Assembly (NCBI GenBank): GCA_018985225.1
Contig: JADGIF010000243.1
Coordinates: 1-12,995, forward strand
From: Amoeboradix gromovi X-113
Lineage: Eukaryota > Fungi > Sanchytriomycota
DNA: 12,995 nucleotides
Reading direction: 5' to 3'
The notes under the pieces were generated by a model. The model searched no databases, was not told the origin of the DNA, and saw only the letters and a list, made by a program, of their open reading frames with translations. The stretch's first letter is position 1. Each line of letters opens with the position of its first letter. Both the position numbers and the translations under genes were made by a program. Positions 1 through 7,637 of this stretch are shown here, piece by piece.

Positions 1-1028
1 TCTAAGAAAATGCACCTTTTGCTTAGATGTTCAAAGACCTCATGTATTTGAACGAGATGCAGGGTCTTCTAGTTTTATTTTGAAGAGGGGATTGAAAGTA
101 ATGAAAGAAAATTGGTATAATAGAAGATCTTTTATTAATGATAGCATTTCCTCCGTATGGTGCACCTTTAAAAACGAATTAGTCTAGTTTTTATATTTGG
201 TGTCCCATTTATACAATCTAGTGCAATCAAAATTTTGAAAATATAGATATTAGCACTTACTGGCCTAAGTACCACAAAAGGCAGCTTCAAATTAGTATTT
301 TGTTTGTTGGATTAATACACCTGGATTAATCCCATATGTATTGGATAAATCCAACCTCACGGACGTCAGACTGCGATTGGGATTGGGGATTAATACAAAC
401 CTACATGTCTTATCATTTGGTTTATTAATTTGAACAGACTATCTTAATTTACAAAGCAAAATCACCTTATTTTTTACCTTGAGTCTAGTTTTTAGTGTAA
501 TCTTGGTATATTTGACATAAATGTTCTTTTCTTCTCAGGGTTAACTGTAATTGATGTTCAAACTTTACATTTTGAAATGATGCAAGCAGTAAGATTGCTT
601 GGCTTGCTTGTTGTTTGTGACTTAGATATTATTTGACATACGATGATAAGTAACAATTAAGGCAATGTAAAATTCAGATTATTGATTGACCCTCGTCTTA
701 CTGATTTTGAATACGTAAATTTCATAATTTCAGTGATTTTTTAGTCCTATTTTTATTTGCTATCCTATCTTTCTTTAGCCGACCAAGCACAATTTAAAGT
801 TGTATTGACTTCGCTACTCGGGCATGTAGAGCAGCTCTGTAAACACTAGTTGTGAGGAGCTTACTATAAATCATCACTGGCACACCAGCGTACATAATCA
901 TACTGATCTATGGAATTAATGAAATAGTCCCGGCGTTATCAAATACCGAAAAAGATGACAAATGAAAAAAATGTATATTAAGCAATTTGCCAAGGCGGTG
1001 ACAGCTACTGAATTTTGTAAAATGAATT

Positions 1029-1453
1029 ATTTATCGAGAATTTTTATATAACTGCATAACTTTTCCAGACGTTCCTATACCTCAAATACACGATATTCTT
1101 CATTTTCGCAAAAGGTAATCAAATCGAAAGAAGTAACTAACAGATACAGCATACATTCATCAACGTTGAGTAACTGGTCGAAACATTGAACAATAAGATG
1201 TCCTTCAACCCGTCCTCAAAAGAGATCAACGATAAATAAACCTGTACACCATTTGTTTAATAATTCGCATGTCATTGGTTTTGCCACATGTGTAACAGTA
1301 GAGAGTATATGGCAGCAAGGAATATATACACCCTTATTCAATCCCACCTCAGGGTAGTGCAAGCGTGAACAATCACTATAGCAAGGTTTACGAGCACTGC
1401 TACTTTCTCTGCGGAAATTCTCGATTTTATCGGAAATCAGGACTTTTAACGAG
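1029..1453 (+). mobile_element. Non-autonomous IS607-like/Fanzor2 (TnpB) element relic, copy A
   Basis: Aligns by eye end to end with the reverse complement of 6030-6454 (e.g. aactaacagatacagcatacattcatcaacgttgagtaactggtcgaaacat vs aactaacaggtacagcatagattcatcaacactgaggaactggtctaaacat). Encodes an HTH stub KSKEVTNRYSIHSSTLSNWSKH* (about 1121-1190) and the TnpB terminal motif MAARNIY (about 1309-1330). Similarity stops abruptly after ggacttttaacgag at 1453. Left boundary is approximate. Confidence 0.85.
1331..1453 (+). ncRNA. Candidate omegaRNA scaffold of copy A
   Basis: Non-coding 3' segment conserved in all three copies (TCAATCCnnCCTCA ... GAAATTC ... AAATCAGGA..TTAACG). Contains stems gtagtg/cactat and gatttt-atcg-gaaatc. 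Its position at the right end after TnpB matches known omegaRNA/reRNA placement. Expression is not shown. Confidence 0.55.
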
Positions 1454-1687
1454 TTACAAGCATAAAAGAAGCCACTGCAGTATTTCAAACAAGAAACTAG
1501 TGTATGCAACTGGTAGCAGTGTCTTAGTGCTATAAGTCTAATGAGTGATCCTGAAAGAGTTGAACGGCAAAGAATAGAAATTGGCAACAGCAACTTGCCA
1601 TACAGCGCAGGTGATAAATGTTTGACAGTTCTGCTGGACTGGGTCAACCTTTTGGAAGACTAGTTTAAGAAGTTAAGCAATTTTTTA

Positions 1688-1882
1688 TTAAAATGATTCT
1701 TTCGAGTGTCTATGACGATCTTTTGGATTCAAAATATAATCTGACAATTTAACGGCAGCTATAACCCCCAAAGTAGCGCCACCATAGAGAGCAAAATTTT
1801 GAAATCCCTTCTCGATAGCACGTCTTGATGAGCCATAGATATCGGGTGCAGGTATAGCAAATAGCAGGAAGGTTAAAAGCAT
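1688..1882 (-). CDS. Small putatively secreted glycine-rich peptide (64 aa from the ATG at 1882)
   Basis: MLLTFLLFAIPAP... is a short hydrophobic N-terminus. Segment KGFQNFALYGGATLG resembles ORF 3044-3259. AATAAA overlaps the stop codon. Confidence 0.6.
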   Translation of the reverse strand: MLLTFLLFAIPAPDIYGSSRRAIEKGFQNFALYGGATLGVIAAVKLSDYILNPKDRHRHSKESF

Positions 1883-1992
1883 CTTGTTGATTCCAAGTTT
1901 CAACGAGAATGGAACTTATCTTTCACATGCTCCAAATTGCACCATTAGGATACACTCCGGATGTTACAATTCACAATTACAATTGAATAATC

Positions 1993-2473
1993 CGTTTATG
2001 GTGGTTGCATGACTTTAACAGTTTCAATACTTTTTTTAGACTTATACTTGAACACAAACTCGGTATTCTTTCTTTTCATCTATGAAAAATGTCGCAATAT
2101 TACTGTAGCCAGAGTATGTTCAAATCTAACGAGATCATTGCGAGATACAATGTAATCTCTTACATTCGGAAATGCTCCAATAGTGTAATCGTAGTCCACT
2201 GCAAAGGAAAAGAAGTCGACAGAATCTAATATAACACTTACTAGTATAGCTTGTGGTACTGTAAACCAAACCAATTAAGAAACGTATACCCGCATAAACT
2301 GTCATTTGGAAGCGTATCAAGAACACGTGGCAGGAAACACACTTATATGCAACTCTACTCAATCCAGCCTCACATTCGCAGAAGTGTGAACAACTATGTT
2401 AACCAAGCGAAGAGCTTTGTCAGTTGGCATTGTAGAAATTCATGGTTTCTCGAAAATCAGGAATCTTAACGTG
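1993..2473 (+). mobile_element. Non-autonomous IS607-like/Fanzor2 element relic, copy B (most diverged)
   Basis: Left-end sequence is similar to the other copies (tttcaatactttt...tattctttcttttc). HTH stub KSNEIIARYNV (about 2122-2154). Frame from 2219 reads TESNITLTSIACGTVNQTN*ETYTRINCHLEAYQEHVAG, a degenerate TnpB RuvC-II/Zn-ribbon/RuvC-III collinear with the 6034-6273 ORF. The 3' end gaaaatcaggaatcttaacgtg matches the other copies. Left boundary is approximate. Confidence 0.75.
2353..2473 (+). ncRNA. Candidate omegaRNA scaffold of copy B
   Basis: Same conserved anchors as copies A and C. Stems ttcgca-gaag-tgtgaa and ggttt/aaatc fall at equivalent positions despite sequence change. Confidence 0.45.
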
Positions 2474-3043
2474 GCAATCATCAAGTATGGTATGCTACAT
2501 CTCTCGATTAGATTACTTAGTGATTTAATGCTTGCAATGGTAAACAGGACAGCCGAAGCAATCTTTGGCCATCGTTGATTCAAGAATAAACTAAGGCTTT
2601 TCGTCCTACCATGAGAGACTTTAGTATCTTGGTAAGTTCTTTTTGATGTAAATTTTAGCTGCTATTCTCATAGAAAATCACTTTTCATCAAGCCGTTTCT
2701 CTTTAAACACTTTCTTGTTTTGTTCAATACCTCTCCTGCCCCAGGATGCAAGAACTGATTACACAACATCTCTTTTTGTCGTCTAACTAGCTTTAAGTCT
2801 AATTTTCACGGATTATATCAGTTTGGCAAAATAAAAAAAAGTTTTTCTATGTCTGATGACACCTAGCTATTCTTTATATTTATTCTATAACGTAAACTTG
2901 AAATATAGATAAATTGAGGTTTGATCTTGATCTTGTTTAGTGTACATATTTTTGGTCTTACAAAGTCATTCAAGAGTACAGAGAGCACATGTGCAACTAG
3001 GAAGAAGCATAAATAGCTTGAAGTTTGAGAAGTTTCGAAAACA

Positions 3044-3259
3044 ATGTTGTTTTCTGTTCCGTTGATGTTTGGATTACCGTTTTTTCAGCCAGCTCCATTA
3101 TGGAAAGAACTCTCAAAAGGTTTCCTAATAGGAGGTGCTGTTTATGCTGGAGCTAAAACTGTTCAGCACTTAACTACTGGCAGGCGCTCAAGTCCTACAT
3201 ACGTTATTGTAGATGGGAAGACAAGAAATGACACACAACAAGAGAAAGAAATTAAATAA
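3044..3259 (+). CDS. Small putatively secreted glycine-rich amphipathic peptide (71 aa)
   Basis: ATG start, hydrophobic N-terminus MLFSVPLMFG, helix LWKELSKGFLIGGAVYAGAKTVQHL, AATAAA overlapping the TAA stop; convergent with 3346-3630. Confidence 0.65.
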   Translation: MLFSVPLMFGLPFFQPAPLWKELSKGFLIGGAVYAGAKTVQHLTTGRRSSPTYVIVDGKTRNDTQQEKEIK

Positions 3260-3345
3260 ATTTTTAATAAATTATAAATAACATCAAAATATGTTCATTT
3301 CATCTAATATATATCAGAATAATAAAGCAGTATTAAGAAATTATT

Positions 3346-3630
3346 TTATTTAAACTGTAGCCATTTGTGTTGCTTTGGTAATTTAGTTGGTAGCCTATGA
3401 AGCTTCATGTACTGATTATAGTTGTTTTGCAAAGCATGGAGCAGTTCATCAAATTGGTCAATGGGCGTCTTATTACTGTAACTGATATGGACTGGATCAA
3501 CATGACGACCAGTTCGTTTATTTTCCTGCTCTATTAGTGCATCAAGCACCTCTATGTCATGTTCTAAAGTAGTAATTATCTTAGTGTTTCCATGAATGAG
3601 CTCGCAGAGTTGCTGATTGTAATGTAACAT
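3346..3630 (-). CDS. Hypothetical small alpha-helical/coiled-coil protein (94 aa)
   Basis: Clean ATG-TAA ORF with protein-like composition, paired CCAATC motifs 50-75 bp upstream, and AATAAA at the stop. No family recognised. Confidence 0.6.
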   Translation of the reverse strand: MLHYNQQLCELIHGNTKIITTLEHDIEVLDALIEQENKRTGRHVDPVHISYSNKTPIDQFDELLHALQNNYNQYMKLHRLPTKLPKQHKWLQFK

Positions 3631-3678
3631 TTAGAAAATCACAGAAGGGTGAAGCAAGAAATTTAAAAACAAATCGCA

Positions 3679-3703
3679 GTGATTGGCGAGAAATTTTGAT
3701 TGG
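3679..3703 (-). promoter_or_regulatory. Paired CCAAT boxes (CCAATCA) upstream of ORF 3346-3630
   Basis: tgattgg occurs at 3680-3686 and 3697-3703 on the + strand. Confidence 0.4.
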
Positions 3704-3789
3704 TTCTGATAAATTATTGATTTACATCAGCCAAGTACATGTGTCAACTAAGTTAGAATTGCATGGAGTAAAAAGATTAATCTAGATGT

Positions 3790-4299
3790 TTACTGCGGAG
3801 TCTGAGAAACGCTTGGATTGGAACCATCATCAGTCACATCTTGCTCAGTGACAACTCTTGGTTGGCCAATGCTAATGCTTTCTTCGAATTCCTTACATTC
3901 TTTCCAGTAAGCTGTCTTATCTTTTCCTTTGTCTCCCAATGGTCCTTTTTCGTAATTCGCTTTGCCGCAACTAATAGTTTTAGTCAAATCTTCATCCTTC
4001 TTGATTATCAATTCAGCACTTCTAGGATATCTGCATTTTTTAATCCAGTTTTTTCCTGATCCCATGATAGCCTCATATACTACAGTTTTCTCCTTTTCTA
4101 AATCCAAATCTACTGGAAACAATTGATAATCAATTATAGTAGATTGTTTGTTAATAATCCAGTGCTTGTTATTTGATAGTATTTCGAAACGTGTATATCC
4201 TTGCAAAATAAATTGTTTTAACAAATTCGTATAAACTAAAAAGTTGAAATTGAAATCGCAGTTCGCAGAGATTACTATAGAAATAAAAGCGCTAATCAT
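3790..4299 (-). CDS. Hypothetical, probably secreted protein (169 aa)
   Basis: Long ORF in AT-rich DNA with a short hydrophobic N-terminus (MISAFISIVISA), 4 Cys and a low-complexity acidic tail. No family recognised. Confidence 0.7.
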   Translation of the reverse strand: MISAFISIVISANCDFNFNFLVYTNLLKQFILQGYTRFEILSNNKHWIINKQSTIIDYQLFPVDLDLEKEKTVVYEAIMGSGKNWIKKCRYPRSAELIIKKDEDLTKTISCGKANYEKGPLGDKGKDKTAYWKECKEFEESISIGQPRVVTEQDVTDDGSNPSVSQTPQ

Positions 4300-4343
4300 T
4301 AATTTTCAAGTACCTCCAATTGTTTATCTGAAGATATGTGGTA

Positions 4344-4381
4344 CAAATTCCTGTTGTGTCTCCAAATTCCTGTTGTGTCTC
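4344..4381. repeat. Perfect 19-bp tandem duplication (caaattcctgttgtgtctc x2)
   Basis: Read directly at 4344-4362 and 4363-4381. Confidence 0.95.
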
Positions 4382-4452
4382 AAAATTTAGGAATTAGGCC
4401 CACATTAAACTGGTCTGGGGAACAAAAAGTTACAAAAGCAATAACAATACAA

Positions 4453-5373
4453 TTACTTTACTAATTTGTTCCACTTGGACTTGATCCTCTTTAACAACGT
4501 AGCTTTCTTTTGTCTCTCCTCTGGAATATAATCACTTTGTTTTCTCTCAGTATCCACGGGTGACATTTTCTCATCAATCTTCTCAGGAACAGCCGCAGCA
4601 TCTTCCATTTTGTCATCTGTTAACACTTCGACATCTGCAGGTTCCGCAGGCTTAGGAGTCTCGTGCTTTTTATTATGCTCAAAATTGGTTTCTGGTTCTG
4701 TTGTACTTTCGACACCTTGGTTGGTCGTTTCGACTGCCGGTGTATCTTCAACCTTTGCACCTGGCATATTAATCTTATGACTCTCATCTGTATGACTCTC
4801 AAGATTGGTTGACTTTGAAGCACTTCTACTCCTGAACATCGATCCAAATTTGGAGAATGCACTAGATTTGCGTACGGCTGAGTCTTCAGTTACCTCTTCA
4901 GCTAACTCTTTGATAGATTCATTAGATGGTTTTTGGTTCCCTTCAGCTACTTTACCAACCTCGGAAGAATTTTCTTTTGGGGAGTCTTCTGTTTCCATCG
5001 GAACATTAGCGACAGCTTCAGCAATAACAATTTCCTCAGGGTCGTGCGATTCCTCATTTTCCACTGCTGATTCATTGAAGTTAGGATTTTTAGGTCTTTT
5101 CATACTCATTAGTTTTTTAAACATTCCGGGTTTCTTTTCATTGTAGAAAACCCTATGGTTCACATGGCCTTCTTTATCTTCAACAACGTCGTAATCTCCC
5201 AAAACCCACTCACCATTCTTTGTGAACTTGAAGAGTAATGTATCGGTAAAGTCAACCGAAAGCTCAAACTTACCAGATTTAGGATTGTAGATCATCTTTT
5301 CTCCTTCCCAGTTATTGAAAGGACCGTGCAATTTCATATCATCGCTTAAAAGAGCTTTAAAAGTGATCAACAT
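4453..5373 (-). CDS. AMPK-beta-type glycogen-binding (CBM48) domain protein, fungal Mdg1/Crp1-like architecture
   Basis: N-terminal LHGPFNNW...FKFTKNGEW...EDKEGHVNH matches the CBM48/AMPK1_CBM pattern (G.F..W, FKF.vdG.W, D..G..NN). It is followed by an acidic disordered region and a basic amphipathic C-terminus (KKATLLKRIKSKWNKLVK). Confidence 0.8.
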   Translation of the reverse strand: MLITFKALLSDDMKLHGPFNNWEGEKMIYNPKSGKFELSVDFTDTLLFKFTKNGEWVLGDYDVVEDKEGHVNHRVFYNEKKPGMFKKLMSMKRPKNPNFNESAVENEESHDPEEIVIAEAVANVPMETEDSPKENSSEVGKVAEGNQKPSNESIKELAEEVTEDSAVRKSSAFSKFGSMFRSRSASKSTNLESHTDESHKINMPGAKVEDTPAVETTNQGVESTTEPETNFEHNKKHETPKPAEPADVEVLTDDKMEDAAAVPEKIDEKMSPVDTERKQSDYIPEERQKKATLLKRIKSKWNKLVK

Positions 5374-5419
5374 GCTAGAAATGTTGGTTTGACTGCCTCT
5401 CCCTCTTTATCTTAATCGA

Positions 5420-5443
5420 TACCAATCACCAGGTACCAATCAC
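5420..5443. promoter_or_regulatory. Direct repeat taccaatcac x2 (paired CCAAT boxes) upstream of the CBM48 gene
   Basis: Copies at 5420-5429 and 5434-5443, about 50-70 bp upstream of the ATG at 5373. Confidence 0.45.
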
Positions 5444-5551
5444 GCTTGCTTGCAAGATGACTGGTGCTTTGGTCATTCGCTCAATGTTGGACGTATGACG
5501 GTTAGCGTAGTTCAAAGATTTTGAATCCTTATGGACAATAGTGGAAAGACT

Positions 5552-5577
5552 AAAACCAAAAAACCAAAAAACCAAAA
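5552..5577. repeat. Short A-rich tandem repeat (aaaaccaa, about 3 units)
   Basis: aaaaccaaaaaaccaaaaaaccaaaa read directly. Confidence 0.8.
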
Positions 5578-5761
5578 TGAAAATATTTTCAAAATAATCT
5601 TAACATTGCAGACGCTTTGACAAAGATTGATTCTGTTAAATAGAGTGAAAATTTAAATATATAATTAAATCATATGTCCTTAAAATTTTTAGAATCTTTC
5701 CCGTAACACCAATTCAAAATACGGGTTAGTACTTGCTTTCAAATTATTTATTTCAGCGAAT

Positions 5762-6008
5762 AGACCGCTCTCAACAAAAATCTTCAAATATTTGCCACTT
5801 CCCTTAAAATTGAAATTTTAGGATTTCTCCTATACTGGATAGATTATTTTGCACATATCACCCACTATCAAACTGAACCGATCAACTCACTGACATTTGC
5901 GGCCGTTCTAACAAACTCGAAACCCTTTTCAATTGGCATAATTAATTTCTTTTTACTACAAGAGTTTATATTATAAAAAAGATTGAAGATTGTCAATTTA
6001 GACGGTCT
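5762..6008. mobile_element. Possible 247-bp MITE with imperfect TIRs and a 4-bp TSD (GAAT)
   Basis: agaccgctctcaacaaaaatcttcaa (5762-5787) vs the reverse complement of 5983-6008, agaccgtctaaattgacaatcttcaa. gaat flanks both sides (5758-5761 and 6009-6012). Confidence 0.4.
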
Positions 6009-6029
6009 GAATTAAAACAGCGGATACTC

Positions 6030-6147
6030 CTCGTTAAAAGTCCTGATTTCCGAAAAAATCGAGAATTTCCACAGAGAAACTAATGTTAGTTTCTCCGTTA
6101 CAGTGATCGCTCACGCTTTCACTACCCTGAGGCGGGATTGAATAAGG
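6030..6147 (-). ncRNA. Candidate omegaRNA scaffold of copy C
   Basis: Minus-strand hairpins: gtagtga/tcactgt; perfect gagaaacta-acat-tagtttctc; gatttt-TTCG-gaaatc immediately before the element end. Confidence 0.6.
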
Positions 6148-6273
6148 ATGAAGATACTTGATGTATATGTTCCTTGCTGCCATATGGTTTCTATCTATCT
6201 CCAAGTGACAATTGGTATAAGTGTAGGTTTCTAAGTTGGTTTTCTTTAGAGTGCCATATATTGTACATGGCAT
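6148..6273 (-). pseudogene. tnpB: TnpB/Fanzor2 C-terminal fragment (Zn ribbon plus RuvC-III, degenerate)
   Basis: NCHLEIDRNHMAARNIYIK; the catalytic D appears changed to N and two Zn-ligand Cys are changed to Y. Confidence 0.8.
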
Positions 6274-6924
6274 ATAATACTTCCATGTTTAGACCAGTTC
6301 CTCAGTGTTGATGAATCTATGCTGTACCTGTTAGTTATTTATTTAGAATTGATTTACCATTTGCGAAAAGGAAGAATATCTAGTGTTTAAGGTATTAGAA
6401 AAATCTGGAAAAGTCTTGAAATTATACAAAAATGCATACAAATTCGCGATAAATGATATGTTCAAGAAAACAGCGGATACTGCCATGTAAAAAATCTAAA
6501 AAGAGAGCGTATTGGAGGGATAGAGCTCGTGAAATGGGGACTAGTAGTCGTCGTTACGGTGTGCAACGTGTCCCAGAAGAGCCAATAATACAAGAATAAT
6601 GTAAATCCTGAAGTCTGTGGTAGCGGAAAAAACGCTATATGCAGACCATGCTCCTCAATGTTGATCTTCACTGGATTGTTAGTTGTAAAATCACATATAA
6701 TACTTACTACTTATATTATTGCGCTCCATAAGCCGTTTTGGCAAACAACTACTTAATTGCCTTAAAGACGTCTTACAAGAATTACTTATCAATACAGTTC
6801 TTTGATATTTAATAGGTTAACTTCTCGTAACAATCGCCTCTTGGAGTTTACAATCCAATCATATATGAGCAATCGCCTGAGCAGGAATTTGATAAAATCT
6901 AGATCACATTATTTCTCCATCACG

Positions 6925-7557
6925 ATGCTCTCTTCTTTTCTTGGATGGAGTTATTTCTTATGCTGGACTGTATCTTTTTATCCCCAAATCGCTCTAAACT
7001 TCAAGAGAAAGTCAACAGATGGTATTTCGAAGCTGTTTATGTTCCTGAATATAGTTGGATTCTATTCTTATTCGCTATACACTGCGGAATCCACATCACT
7101 TGTGAGCTTAAGTGATCGCGTGTTCGCAATTCATGCATTTTCACTCTCTGTTATAACTTTATGGCAGTTTGTGATTTACGATAAAATCACCTTTCAAAAC
7201 ATGACTGTATTAAGCATAGCCTTATTTTCACTTAGTTTTGCCAATGTGATGACTCTCGGACTTGTCAAAGTGCTAATTACCATTCTAAAATATTTACCTC
7301 AAATAATGAAAAACTATCAACGTCAAAGCACAAAAGGTTTCGCGTCCAAGAGCGTTATCTTAGATGTGAGTGGAGGGCTATTATCTTTAATACAATTGAT
7401 CTATGACGGGTTAATTCTGAACTTGGATCTGATAGACATTTTTGTTGGAAATTCTACCAAGTTAGGACTAAGCATAGTAACAATTACCATGGACTGTGTC
7501 TTATTAATCCAGGCGATTCAATACAAGGGTAAGAGTAATCCGCTGCTACCAAAATAA
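6925..7557 (+). CDS. ERS1: Cystinosin/Ers1-like PQ-loop lysosomal/vacuolar cystine transporter
   Basis: GWSYFLCWTVSFYPQIALNFKRKSTDG and KYLPQIMKNYQRQSTKGF...LDVSGGLLSLIQL...KLGLS are cystinosin PQ-loop repeats. The likely ATG is at 6925; the ORF-track start at 6802 is TTG. Confidence 0.92.
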   Translation: MLSSFLGWSYFLCWTVSFYPQIALNFKRKSTDGISKLFMFLNIVGFYSYSLYTAESTSLVSLSDRVFAIHAFSLSVITLWQFVIYDKITFQNMTVLSIALFSLSFANVMTLGLVKVLITILKYLPQIMKNYQRQSTKGFASKSVILDVSGGLLSLIQLIYDGLILNLDLIDIFVGNSTKLGLSIVTITMDCVLLIQAIQYKGKSNPLLPK

Positions 7558-7637
7558 ATCTCTTTTTTGCAATGATTTACTAACAGGAATTTGTGACTTA
7601 GGGCTGTAAAAATAGTAGCTGTATAACATAATATCAT

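Larger units (their letters stand above)
6030..6454 (-). mobile_element. Non-autonomous IS607-like/Fanzor2 element relic, copy C
   Basis: Minus strand encodes a MerR-type HTH stub (TNRYSIDSSTLRNWSKHGSI, typical of the IS607 serine-recombinase TnpA N-terminus). A deletion joins it to the TnpB C-terminus (CTIYG..TYTYTNCHLEIDRNHMAARNIY; consensus C..CG...C..C....DRD..AA.NI). Homologous to copies A and B. Confidence 0.85.

Noticed and set aside
60-500. Recurrent short motifs (tctagtttt x3, ggattaat x3, tgcaccttt x2)
   Set aside because: Short, irregularly spaced and AT-rich; no element boundaries or coding signal could be established.
1970-1990. acaattgaat matching part of the predicted Fanzor1 guide, near the left end of copy B
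   Set aside because: Only about 10 AT-rich nt match and the guide's first bases mismatch; this is expected by chance.
1216-2578. ORF-track entries 1216-1647, 2080-2274, 2135-2362, 2251-2469 and 2396-2578
   Set aside because: They are off-frame or antisense readings across the degenerate IS607/Fanzor2 relics, mostly with non-ATG starts and no recognisable protein features.
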